Below are positions 9,271-18,409 of a stretch of 35,584 nucleotides of DNA, piece by piece. The stretch's first letter is position 1, and every line of letters begins with the position of its first letter. This DNA comes from Acidimicrobiia bacterium. GTDB lineage: Bacteria > Actinomycetota > Acidimicrobiia > Acidimicrobiales > SZUA-35. The stretch covers positions 1 to 35,584 of the forward strand of contig JAOTYQ010000003.1 in assembly GCA_029861725.1 (NCBI GenBank), written 5' to 3'. The notes below the pieces were generated by a model. That model was not told the DNA's origin and searched no databases. It saw nothing but the letters and a program-made list of their open reading frames with translations. Position numbers and translations under genes: made by a program.

Positions 9271-11832
9271 GTGAGCACCGACGAAGCCAGTACGCACGGA
9301 GATCAGACGACTCAGGTCGTCGTGATCGGCGGCGGTGTCGTCGGTTGCTCGGTCCTGTACCACCTCACGAAGAACGGGTGGACCGATGCGATCCTGCTGG
9401 AGCGGACCGAGCTGACCGCCGGCTCCACCTGGCACTCGGCCGGCGGGATGCACACGCTGAACGGCGACCCCAACGTCGCCAAGCTCCAGCAGTACACGAT
9501 CGAGCTGTATCAGGAGATCGAGGAGCTGTCCGGGCGGGACTGCGGCATCCACCTCACGGGCGGCATCATGCTGGCGGACACTCCGGAGCGGATGGACTGG
9601 CTGCGGATGGCCCATGCTCGCGGCCGCTATCTCGGCATGGAGACCGAGCTGATCTCGGTGGCCGAGGCCAAGCGGCTCATGCCGCTGCTCGAGGAGCAGT
9701 ACTTCGTCGGGGCGATGTTCGACCGGCACGAGGGCCACGTCGACCCGTCGGGGGTGACCAACGCCTATGCGCAGGCCGCCCGCGACAACGGGGCCAGTGT
9801 GCTCCGCAACTCGTGGGCCCGTTCGCTGCGTCGCCGTTCCGACGGTCGTTGGCTGGTCGAGGTCTTCGACACGACGACAGGCGAGCTGACGGGAAGGATC
9901 GCCTGCGAGCACGTGGTCAACGCTGGCGGGCTGTGGGCCCGCGAGGTGGGCCGCATGGCTGGCCTCGAGCTGCCGGTGCTGGCGATGGAGCACATGTACC
10001 TTCTCACCGACGAGATCCCCGCCATCGCCGAGTACAACGAGGCCCACGGCGAGGTCCTGCACTGCATCGACTTCGGTGGTGAGATCTACATGCGGCAGGA
10101 GGGCAACGGCCTCCTGCTCGGCACCTATGAGCGCGAGGGGCAGCCGTGGTCGCCGGAGGAGACCCCGTGGGATTTCGGGATGCGGCTCCTCACCCCCGAC
10201 CTCGACCGGATCGCCGAGTCGCTCGACGTCGGCTTCAGGCACTTCCCGATCTTCGCCGAGGCCGGGATCAAGCAGGTCATCAACGGGCCGTTCACCTTCT
10301 CGCCCGACGGGAACCCGCTCCTCGGCCCGATCCGGGGCCTCCCTGGGTTCTGGAGCGCCTGTGCGGTGATGGCCGGGCTGTCCCAGGGCGGTGGGGTGGG
10401 CCTTGCCCTGGCCAACTGGATGACCGACGGCGACCCGGGGTTCGACATCTGGGGCATGGACGTGGCCCGGTTCGGCGACTGGGCCACGCTCGGGTACACG
10501 AACGCCAAGGTCCGGGAGAACTACTCCCGCCGGTTCCGCATCCAGTACCCGAACGAGGTCCTCCCCGCCGCCCGCCCGCTGCAGACCTCGCCGCTCTACG
10601 ACCGGCTGGTCGCCGAGAACGCCGTGTGGGGTGACGCGTTCGGTCTGGAGAGCGCTCTGTGGTACCAGCGACCCGGCCTCGACCCGGTCGAGGATGTGAC
10701 CTTCGGCCGGTCCAACGCCTGGGGCCCGGTCGGTGAGGAGGTCCGGGCGGTCCGCTCCGGCGTGGGCCTGATCGAGACGACCGGGTTCTCGAAGTTCCTG
10801 TTCGAGGGACCCGGGGCTCGGGCCCTGCTCGACCGCCTCATCACCAATCGAGTCCCGAAGCCGGGTCGGATTGCCTTGGCCCCTATGACCAACGAGGCCG
10901 GTCGCCTGGTCGGCGATCTCACCGTCGCTTGCCTCCGTCCCACGCCGGGCCTGGCCGAAGGCCCGCTCGCCACCCTCACCGGTGGGGCTACCCAGAACGT
11001 CGGCACCGAGGAGCAATTCGTCGTGTTCGGCTCCGGCATCGCCGAGCGTTACTACGAGCGCTGGTTCGATCGCCATCTCCCTCTCGACGGCTCAGTCCGC
11101 TACGCGACCCTCGGATTCCAGACCTGCGGCTTGTTGATCGCCGGCCCCCGCTCACGGGAGCTGCTGGCCCGCCTCACCCGGACCGACGTCTCGGCCGACG
11201 CGTTCCGGTTCCTCGACTTCACGACCCTCGACGTAGGGCTGAGCAGGCTGTGGTGCGGGCGGATCTCCTACACCGGCGATCTCGGCTACGAGCTGTGGAT
11301 GCCGGCCAGCCACCAGCGCGCCGTCTACGAATCGCTCCGGGAGGCGGGCGAGGACCTCGGGCTCACGCTGTTCGGGCTCGGGGCGCTCGACTCGCTCCGG
11401 CTCGACAAGGGCTTCGGCTCCTGGGCCCGAGAGTACCGACCGATCTACGACCCCTACGAAGCCGGCCTCGACCGGTTCGTCAAGCTGGACACCGACTTCA
11501 TCGGCCGTGACGCGCTCGCGTCGATCGCCGATCGGGGTCCGGAGCGCAGGTTGCTGACCTGGACCGTAGAGACCGGATCCGGGACCGACGACGATCCGGC
11601 GGTCGACGTGATCGGCGATGAGCCGATCTGGCACGACGGCCGGGTGGTTGGCTGGGTGACCTCCGGCGGGTACGCCCATCACAGCGATTGCTCCGTGGCC
11701 CTGGGCTACGTGCCCGCCGCACTGGAGGATGCCGACGAGGGCTTCGAGATCGAGATCGTCGGCATGAGGCGACCGGCCAAACCGGTCCGAGGTTGTCTCT
11801 GGGATCCCGACGGCAGGCGCATGAGAGGCTGA
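9271..11832 (+). CDS. GcvT-family FAD/folate-dependent oxidoreductase (dimethylglycine dehydrogenase-like)
   Basis: IGGGVVG, ELTAGSTWHSAG (covalent-flavin His region), NGPFTFSPDGNP, RISYTGDLGYE, SLRLDKG, VTSGGY. GTG start at 9271. Confidence 0.92.
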   Translation: MSTDEASTHGDQTTQVVVIGGGVVGCSVLYHLTKNGWTDAILLERTELTAGSTWHSAGGMHTLNGDPNVAKLQQYTIELYQEIEELSGRDCGIHLTGGIMLADTPERMDWLRMAHARGRYLGMETELISVAEAKRLMPLLEEQYFVGAMFDRHEGHVDPSGVTNAYAQAARDNGASVLRNSWARSLRRRSDGRWLVEVFDTTTGELTGRIACEHVVNAGGLWAREVGRMAGLELPVLAMEHMYLLTDEIPAIAEYNEAHGEVLHCIDFGGEIYMRQEGNGLLLGTYEREGQPWSPEETPWDFGMRLLTPDLDRIAESLDVGFRHFPIFAEAGIKQVINGPFTFSPDGNPLLGPIRGLPGFWSACAVMAGLSQGGGVGLALANWMTDGDPGFDIWGMDVARFGDWATLGYTNAKVRENYSRRFRIQYPNEVLPAARPLQTSPLYDRLVAENAVWGDAFGLESALWYQRPGLDPVEDVTFGRSNAWGPVGEEVRAVRSGVGLIETTGFSKFLFEGPGARALLDRLITNRVPKPGRIALAPMTNEAGRLVGDLTVACLRPTPGLAEGPLATLTGGATQNVGTEEQFVVFGSGIAERYYERWFDRHLPLDGSVRYATLGFQTCGLLIAGPRSRELLARLTRTDVSADAFRFLDFTTLDVGLSRLWCGRISYTGDLGYELWMPASHQRAVYESLREAGEDLGLTLFGLGALDSLRLDKGFGSWAREYRPIYDPYEAGLDRFVKLDTDFIGRDALASIADRGPERRLLTWTVETGSGTDDDPAVDVIGDEPIWHDGRVVGWVTSGGYAHHSDCSVALGYVPAALEDADEGFEIEIVGMRRPAKPVRGCLWDPDGRRMRG

Positions 11833-11838
11833 TCGACG

Positions 11839-13173
11839 ATGACCGAAGGCTATGACGCCGTGATCATCGGAGCCGGGGTGATCGGCAGCGCACTCGGCTA
11901 CGAACTGGCCCGCCACGGCCGGCGCACGCTGAACGTCGACAAGCTGCCGGCCGCCGGCTACGGCTCGACCAGCAACAGCTGCGCCATCGTCAGGTTCAGC
12001 TATTCGACCCGCGACGGCGTCGCCATGTCGTGGGAGGGTCAGCACTACTGGGCCAACTGGCGGGACTACCTCGGCGGCGACGTCGACGAGCGGGGCCTGG
12101 CCGAGTTCATCCAGTGCGGGACGGCCCTGATCAAGAAGCCCGAGGGCGGGCACCACGAGAGGGTCATCCCGCTCCTCGACGAGCTGGACATCCCCTACGA
12201 GGACTGGAGCCGCGACGAGCTGGTCGAGCGGTTCCCGATGTTCGACCCGTCGGTCTTCGGTCCGCCGAAGCGACCCGACGACGGCGCGTTCTGGGCCGAG
12301 CCGACCCAGCAGCTGCTCGGCGCCGTCTGGACCCCCGATGCCGGCTACGTCAACGACCCCCAGCTGTCGGCTCACAACCTCCAGCGGGCGGCCGAGGCCC
12401 ACGGCGCCGAGTTCCGGTTCTCGACCGAGGTGGTGACCATCCACAGCGAGCCGCACGCCGTCCACCGGTCGGGCCGCCGGGTGACCGGCGTCGAGCTCGC
12501 CGACGGCGGTTCGGCGACCGCACCGATCGTGGTCAACGTCGCCGGACCCCACAGCGGGGTGATCAACAGGATGGCCGGCTTGGAGGGGACGATGCGGATC
12601 CAGACCCGGCCCCTGCGCCATGAGGTCCACCATGTCGCCTCACCCCCGGGCGTCGCCTACGGCTCGACCGGGTGCCACGTGCAGGACGGCGACACGGGCA
12701 TCTACTTCCGGCCCGAGTCCGGCGACAACATCCTGATCGGGTCCGAGGATCCCGACTGTGACCCGAGGGAGTGGATCGACGATCCCGACGACTTCGATCG
12801 GGAGATCACCCAGGCCCAGTGGGAGGCCCAGGTGCTCCGGCTGGCGCGGCGGATGCCTGACCTCGGGGTGCCGTCCCAGAAGCGGGGCATCGTCGATTTG
12901 TACGACGTGGCCGACGACTGGATCCCGATCTACGACCGCACCGATCTCGGCGGTTTCTACGTGGCCATCGGCACCAGCGGCAACCAGTACAAGAACGCCG
13001 GGGTCGCCGCTGACTGCCTGCGGGAGCTGATCGACGCCGTCGAGGCTGGCCACGACCATGACGCCGAGCCGCTCGTCGTCACCGGTCGTTATACGGGCCT
13101 CGCCATCGACCTCGGGGCGTTCAGCCGCAACCGCGACGTCAACCCCGACTCCAGCTTCTCCGTCAACGGCTAG
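11839..13173 (+). CDS. FAD-dependent oxidoreductase (DAO / sarcosine oxidase-like)
   Basis: IIGAGVIG, GYGSTSNSCAIVR, VVNVAGPHS, LYDVADDWIPIYD, GTSGNQYK. Confidence 0.88.
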   Translation: MTEGYDAVIIGAGVIGSALGYELARHGRRTLNVDKLPAAGYGSTSNSCAIVRFSYSTRDGVAMSWEGQHYWANWRDYLGGDVDERGLAEFIQCGTALIKKPEGGHHERVIPLLDELDIPYEDWSRDELVERFPMFDPSVFGPPKRPDDGAFWAEPTQQLLGAVWTPDAGYVNDPQLSAHNLQRAAEAHGAEFRFSTEVVTIHSEPHAVHRSGRRVTGVELADGGSATAPIVVNVAGPHSGVINRMAGLEGTMRIQTRPLRHEVHHVASPPGVAYGSTGCHVQDGDTGIYFRPESGDNILIGSEDPDCDPREWIDDPDDFDREITQAQWEAQVLRLARRMPDLGVPSQKRGIVDLYDVADDWIPIYDRTDLGGFYVAIGTSGNQYKNAGVAADCLRELIDAVEAGHDHDAEPLVVTGRYTGLAIDLGAFSRNRDVNPDSSFSVNG

Positions 13174-13201
13174 CGTGCAGCGGGCCCGCGTTCGCCGCCT
13201 G

Positions 13202-13225
13202 GAGTTCGGCCTGCGGCCGAACGTC
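13202..13225. repeat. REP-like palindromic element, copy 2 / bidirectional terminator candidate
   Basis: GAGTTCGGCC-TGC-GGCCGAACGTC forms a perfect 8-bp stem between convergent genes. Confidence 0.55.
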
Positions 13226-13238
13226 CCCGAACGTAGGG

Positions 13239-13664
13239 TCAGGTGACGGTGACGGTCAGCTGGTCGCTCGCGGTCGCTGAGCCGTCGGTGACCTCGAGCT
13301 CGATGACCCAGGCCCCGGTGTCGGCCACCACCATCTCGCTCTCGAGGGTGAACGCGCACTCGGTGATCGACTGACGCAGGACCTTGCCCGTGTCGTCGGC
13401 CATGTCGGGCGGGGCTTCGACGATCGTCCATGTGTACGACAGCGAGTCCCCCGACGAGTCACACCCGTCGAACTGTGGCGCTTCCCCAACGGTCACGGAG
13501 AAGTCCTCACCGGCGTCGGCCGAGACACCCGAGTCCCCACACCCGGCGACGACGAGCGCAGCGACGCAAGTCGCCAGCGCCAGTCCCCGCTGTTTGGCCT
13601 GCGGCGTTGCCTGCAGTCGGATCGAGCCCACGACCAAGCCCCTCTCTTCTCGGCCCCACGACAC
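13239..13664 (-). CDS. Small lipoprotein with a PKD/Ig-like domain
   Basis: Lipobox LVVAG-C, then ADAGED..V.VGE..QFDG..S..LSYTW and ELEVTDG..ASDQLTVTV, a PKD-like pattern. Start uncertain. Confidence 0.7.
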   Translation of the reverse strand: MSWGREERGLVVGSIRLQATPQAKQRGLALATCVAALVVAGCGDSGVSADAGEDFSVTVGEAPQFDGCDSSGDSLSYTWTIVEAPPDMADDTGKVLRQSITECAFTLESEMVVADTGAWVIELEVTDGSATASDQLTVTVT

Positions 13665-13683
13665 GGAGACAAGTATCGCGTAG

Positions 13684-14745
13684 TCAGCCGACCCCGTTGG
13701 GGCGAACGAGTATCTTCACGTGCTCCTCAGGGTTGGCGAGCTGGGCGAACGCGTCGGGCACGTCGTCGAGGCCGACGTTGGCGGTGATCAGCTTCGAGCC
13801 GTCGATCCGGCCCTCGGCCAGGTGGTGGAGCGACGTCGCGAACTCCTCGGCCGTCCAGCCCAGCACGAAGCGGATCGACAGGTTCTTCATGATCCCCATC
13901 ATCGGGCGGAACCGGTCGTGCTCCATGCACACGCCGACGACGAGCAGCTCGCTGCCGGCCGGGGTGCCGGTCATCGCCATCTCGATCATGCCCGGCACGC
14001 CGACCGCCTCGAAGACGACCGGTGGCACATCGCCGGGCTCATGTTCCGACCAGGCCTGGACAGTAGCGTCGAACCCCTCCTGGCGGGTCGCCGCCTGCCC
14101 GGGGTCGACGACGACGTGGGCTCCGAGGTCGGCCGCCAGCGCTCGGCGGCGGGGGGAGAGGTCGGCGGCCACGATCGGCTCGATCCCGGCGATCGTGAGC
14201 GAGGCGATGACCGACAGGCCGACCGGGCCGGCCCCGATCACGATGGCGGCCCGGCCCGGTTCGACGCTCGACTGGTTGACGGCGTTGAGGCCGACGGCCA
14301 TTGGCTCGGTCAGAGCCGCCACAGCCGGGTCGAGGCCGTTCGGCACCGGGAGCAGCGCACCCGGGTCGAGCAGCATCCGCTCGCAGTAGCCGCCCGGGTA
14401 GATGTTGTCGTAGCCGGGGATCACCCGGCCGCGGTCGGTGGTCAGCGAAGGCATCGCCGCCATGGCCGTCCCGGCGGCGATACCATCGACGCCCGCTCCG
14501 GACTCGAGCACGCGGACCGACACCTCGTGGCCCATCACGAGGTCCTTCGCCGGGTCGAAGTCGAACACCGGGCTGCCGGCGTCGGCCGCGACCTGCACCA
14601 TCTGGTCTGCGTGGTCGACCGTGTGGAGGTCGCTGCCGCAGATCCCGCAGGCGATCGTCTCGACCAGCACCTGCCCGGGGCCCGGGCTCACCTCGGCGAC
14701 ATCGTCGACCACCATCGTCCCGTTCCGGAGTATCGCTGCTCGCAT
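13684..14745 (-). CDS. Zinc-binding dehydrogenase (threonine/sorbitol DH-like MDR)
   Basis: CGICGSDLH, MGHE, LTEPMAVG, GAGPVG, KILVRP. The true start is MRAAILR at 14745. Confidence 0.92.
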   Translation of the reverse strand: MRAAILRNGTMVVDDVAEVSPGPGQVLVETIACGICGSDLHTVDHADQMVQVAADAGSPVFDFDPAKDLVMGHEVSVRVLESGAGVDGIAAGTAMAAMPSLTTDRGRVIPGYDNIYPGGYCERMLLDPGALLPVPNGLDPAVAALTEPMAVGLNAVNQSSVEPGRAAIVIGAGPVGLSVIASLTIAGIEPIVAADLSPRRRALAADLGAHVVVDPGQAATRQEGFDATVQAWSEHEPGDVPPVVFEAVGVPGMIEMAMTGTPAGSELLVVGVCMEHDRFRPMMGIMKNLSIRFVLGWTAEEFATSLHHLAEGRIDGSKLITANVGLDDVPDAFAQLANPEEHVKILVRPNGVG

Positions 14746-14895
14746 GACTGCGACAGTACCGCGCCGATGCCGCATCGCACCGGCCCGGTGGGGCGACCGG
14801 CGACGGCCAGCCGATCCGAGGATGCGGCGGCTCCTGTGTCCGTGACAACATGCGAGGGTTGCCGCGACGCGCGGCCGAGGAGTGAGGAGATCGAG

Positions 14896-16041
14896 ATGAG
14901 CGGACCGCTCGAAGGTGTGAAGGTGATCGAGCTGGCCGGCATCGGACCGGGGCCGATGTGTGCCATGTTGCTGTCTGACCTCGGGGCCGAGGTGGTGCGG
15001 GTCGATCGTCCGGCCCCAGTCGACCTCGGGATCGACCGGGGCCGCAAGTTCAACGTGCTCAACCGAGGCCGTCGCTCGATCGCCGTCGATCTCAAGAGCC
15101 CCGAAGGGGTCGAGGTGGTGCTCGGGCTCGTCGAGCAGGCCGATGCCCTGATCGAGGGGTTCCGGCCCGGCGTGACCGAACGGCTCGGCCTGGGCCCCGA
15201 CGTGTGCCTCGCCCGCAACCCGAAGCTGGTCTACGGCCGCATGACCGGCTGGGGTCAGGACGGCCCGCTGGCCCACGCCGCCGGCCACGACATCAACTAC
15301 ATCGCGCTCACCGGTGTGCTCGACGCCATCGGTGTCGAGGGCGGGCCGCCGGTGCCGCCGCTCAACCTCGTCGGCGACTTCGGTGGCGGTGCGCTCTATC
15401 TCGCACTCGGCGTGTGCGCCGGCATCATCGAGGCCCGCCAGTCGGGTGAGGGCCAGGTGATCGATGCTGCGATGGTCGACGGCGCGGCATCGTTGCTGAG
15501 CGCGGTCTACGGCATCCACGGGTCGGGCGGGTGGAAAGAGGAGCGGGGCACCAACGTGCTCGACACCGGTGCCCACTTCTACGGCACGTACGAGTGCAGT
15601 GATGGGAAGTGGATCTCGATCGGGTCGATCGAGGGCAAGTTCCACGCCGAGCTGCTGGAGAAGCTCGGGCTCACCGCCGACGACATCCCCGACCGGATGG
15701 ACCGCGACCGGTGGAGGGAGCACAAGGTCCGCCTCACTGAGCTCTTCCTGTCGAAGACCCGGGACGAGTGGTGCGAGATCATGGAGGGCACCGACATCTG
15801 CTTCGCACCGGTGCTGTCGATGTCGGAGGCTCCGGAGCACCCCCACAACGTGAAACGCGGCACGTTCGTCGAGCTCGACGGCGTCGTCCAACCCGGGCCG
15901 GCCCCGCGGTTCAGCCGCACCCCGAGCGAGATCCAGGGCCCGGTGCCCGACCCCGGCGAGCACACCGACGCCATCCTGAGCGACTGGGGCTGGTCCGGTA
16001 GCGACATCGCTTCGTTGCGCGAGGCCGGCGCCTTCGGCTGA
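14896..16041 (+). CDS. CaiB/BaiF family, alpha-methylacyl-CoA racemase-like
   Basis: MSGPLEGVKVIELAGIGPGP, EGFRPGVTERLGLGP, AGHDINY, NLVGDFGGG, PAPRFSRTP. GAGGAG RBS. Confidence 0.92.
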   Translation: MSGPLEGVKVIELAGIGPGPMCAMLLSDLGAEVVRVDRPAPVDLGIDRGRKFNVLNRGRRSIAVDLKSPEGVEVVLGLVEQADALIEGFRPGVTERLGLGPDVCLARNPKLVYGRMTGWGQDGPLAHAAGHDINYIALTGVLDAIGVEGGPPVPPLNLVGDFGGGALYLALGVCAGIIEARQSGEGQVIDAAMVDGAASLLSAVYGIHGSGGWKEERGTNVLDTGAHFYGTYECSDGKWISIGSIEGKFHAELLEKLGLTADDIPDRMDRDRWREHKVRLTELFLSKTRDEWCEIMEGTDICFAPVLSMSEAPEHPHNVKRGTFVELDGVVQPGPAPRFSRTPSEIQGPVPDPGEHTDAILSDWGWSGSDIASLREAGAFG

Positions 16042-16139
16042 GGCGACCAGAACCCGGCGAAATTGCGGAGTTGACAGCACGACAGGCGGTTATCTCACGC
16101 AAGAACGGTGGGGGCGCCCTCGCTCGGCGGCGGGGTCGG

Positions 16140-16169
16140 GGGTTAGTGTCGACGATGTCGACACAACCC
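16140..16169. promoter_or_regulatory. Inverted repeat just upstream of the acyl-CoA dehydrogenase RBS
   Basis: GGGTT-a-GTGTCGAC-gat-GTCGACAC-AACCC overlaps a -10-like TAGTGT and abuts GAGGAG. Confidence 0.4.
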
Positions 16170-16183
16170 GAGGAGCGCCTGCC

Positions 16184-17494
16184 ATGGCTTGGGATTTCGA
16201 GACCGAACCGGAGTTCGAGGAGAAGCTGGAGTGGATGCGCCAGCTCCTCGTCGAGGAGATCTACCCGTTGGAGGGGCTGCCGCCGGAGATCCAGCGCGAC
16301 CGCGACAAGATCGACGAGATAACCGCCCCGCTCAAGGAGCAGGTGAAGACCCAAGGCCTGTGGGCCACCCATCTCCCTCCCGAGCTGGGGGGACTCGGCT
16401 TCGGCCAGGTGAAGCTCGGCCTGATGAACGAGATCCTGGGCAAGTCGTCGTTCGCTCCCCGGATCTTCGGGGTCAACGCACCCGATACCGGCAACGCCGA
16501 GCTGCTGGCGGTCGGCGCCACCGACGAGCAGAAGGAGAAGTGGATGCAGCCGTTGCTCGACGGCAAGATTCGCAGCGCCTTCTCGATGACCGAGCCCGAC
16601 ACCGCCGGCTCCGATCCGAAGCTCCTGAAGACCAACGCCGTTCGCGACGGCGATGAGTGGGTGATCAACGGCCGCAAGTGGTTCACGTCCAACGGCTCGG
16701 TGGCCGACATCCTGATCTCGATGGTGGTCACCAATCCCGACGTCCATCCGTACCAGGGATCGTCGATGTTCGTCGTGCCAACCGACGCCGCCGGGCTCAA
16801 CATCGTGCGCGACGTGCCGGTCATGTCGCACCCGGATCATCAGACCGGCGAGCCGGGCGGGCACTCCGAGGTCGTGTACGACAACGTCCGCATCCCGCAT
16901 GCCAACCTCGTCGGGGGTGACGCCGGCGTCGGCCAGGGGTTCGTCCTCGCCCAGAAGCGGCTCGGTCCCGGACGGATCCACCACGCGATGCGGTGGCTCG
17001 GTCAGTCCCGTCGAGCGTTCGACATGATGTGCGAGCGGGCGGTGAGCCGGTACACCCATGGCAGCTATCTGGCCGAGAAGCAGATGATCCAGGACTGGGT
17101 CGCCGAGTCCGAGGCCGAGATGCGGGCCGCCCGGCTCCTCACGCTGCAGGCGGCATGGCACATGGACAAGCACGGGGCTTCCGCCTCCCGGATGGAGATC
17201 GCCATCATCAAGTGGTGGGGGGCGAAGGTGCTCTACAACGTGATCGACCGGGCGATCCAGGTGCACGGCGCGCTCGGCTTCTCGACCGATCTGCCGTTGG
17301 AGTCGATGTATCGCGCCGCCAGGGCGGCGAGGATCTACGACGGTCCCGACGAGGTCCACAAGGTGACCGTCGCCCGGAAGATCCTGAAGGGGTACGACGC
17401 CGTCGAGGTGCCGAGCGAGCACTACACGCGGAAGCAGGCGGCGGCCCAGGAGAAGTTCGCCGAGTACCTCGACCTGGCCACTGCCAATCTGTGA
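16184..17494 (+). CDS. Acyl-CoA dehydrogenase (FadE2/ACAD10-11-like)
   Basis: NAPDTGNAE, SAFSMTEPD.AGSD, INGRKWFTS, AQKRLGPGRIHHAMR, AIQVHGALG, RIYDGPDEVH. Confidence 0.95.
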   Translation: MAWDFETEPEFEEKLEWMRQLLVEEIYPLEGLPPEIQRDRDKIDEITAPLKEQVKTQGLWATHLPPELGGLGFGQVKLGLMNEILGKSSFAPRIFGVNAPDTGNAELLAVGATDEQKEKWMQPLLDGKIRSAFSMTEPDTAGSDPKLLKTNAVRDGDEWVINGRKWFTSNGSVADILISMVVTNPDVHPYQGSSMFVVPTDAAGLNIVRDVPVMSHPDHQTGEPGGHSEVVYDNVRIPHANLVGGDAGVGQGFVLAQKRLGPGRIHHAMRWLGQSRRAFDMMCERAVSRYTHGSYLAEKQMIQDWVAESEAEMRAARLLTLQAAWHMDKHGASASRMEIAIIKWWGAKVLYNVIDRAIQVHGALGFSTDLPLESMYRAARAARIYDGPDEVHKVTVARKILKGYDAVEVPSEHYTRKQAAAQEKFAEYLDLATANL

Positions 17495-18393
17495 CCGGCC
17501 CGCCCGCGGCCAGGACCAACCCGATCGGCTTCATCGGGCTCGGCGTCATGGGCGAGCCGATGTGCCGCAACCTGCTGGCCAAGGGTCGGTGGCCGGTCGT
17601 CGTCCACGACGTCCGACCCGAGCCGGTCGAGCGGTTGGCTGCCGCCGGTGCCACCCCCGCCCGTTCGGTGGCCGACGTCGTCGCCGCCGCCGACGTGATC
17701 GCGTTGAGCCTGCCCGGCGGACCGGAGCTCGAAGCGGTCGTCGCCGGCGACGGTGGCGTCCTCACTGCGCTCCGCGGCGGCCAGCTCGTCGTCGATCACT
17801 CGACCGCTCCGCCGTTGCTCACCAAGGACTTGGCCGAACGGTGCCGAGCGGTCGGCGCTGACTACTGCGACGCACCGATCGCCCGGACTCGCCAGGCCGC
17901 CCACGACGGCACCTTGAGCATCATGGTCGGGGGCACCTCCGAGTCGTTCGAGCGTCTAGGCCCGATCCTGGCGACGATGGCCACCGACGTCATCCATTGC
18001 GGCGATGTCGGGTCGGGCCAGGTGACCAAGATCCTCAACAACATGATGTTGTTCCAGAACGTTCGGGCGATCGCCGAGGCCCATGCGATCGCCACCGGTC
18101 TGCTCGACACGATCGACCTGGACCTCGACCGGGTCTTCGCGGCCATCGCCGGGGCTAGCGGTGGCAGCTTCGCCCTCCGGAACCACGGGATGACGGCGAT
18201 GTTCCGCGACTCCTATCCGACCGAGTCCTTCTCGACGACCTACGCCCTCAAGGACTTGGGCTATGCCCTCGATCTGGCCAGTGAGGTCGGGGTGGACGCC
18301 GTCGGGGCCGTGACCGTCGGCGAGCTGCTGCGGGCCGCCCGTGACGCCGGCTACACCGACGAGTACTGGCCGGTTCTGCGGCGACTGCTCTGA
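17491..18393 (+). CDS. NAD(P)-dependent beta-hydroxyacid dehydrogenase (3-hydroxyisobutyrate DH family)
   Basis: GFIGLGVMG, VDHST, DAPI, LSIMVGG, GSGQVTKILNN, KDL. GTGA overlap with the upstream gene. Confidence 0.9.
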   Translation: MTGPPAARTNPIGFIGLGVMGEPMCRNLLAKGRWPVVVHDVRPEPVERLAAAGATPARSVADVVAAADVIALSLPGGPELEAVVAGDGGVLTALRGGQLVVDHSTAPPLLTKDLAERCRAVGADYCDAPIARTRQAAHDGTLSIMVGGTSESFERLGPILATMATDVIHCGDVGSGQVTKILNNMMLFQNVRAIAEAHAIATGLLDTIDLDLDRVFAAIAGASGGSFALRNHGMTAMFRDSYPTESFSTTYALKDLGYALDLASEVGVDAVGAVTVGELLRAARDAGYTDEYWPVLRRLL

Positions 18394-18409
18394 CCGACCG
18401 CGCTACCCC

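Noticed and set aside
8674-16080. Very long antisense or alternate-frame ORFs (e.g. 8674-11076, 11152-12633, and the 5' extensions of 13684-16080 and 13720-16041)
   Set aside because: These are shadow ORFs typical of high-GC DNA. They overlap well-supported genes and have no recognisable motifs.
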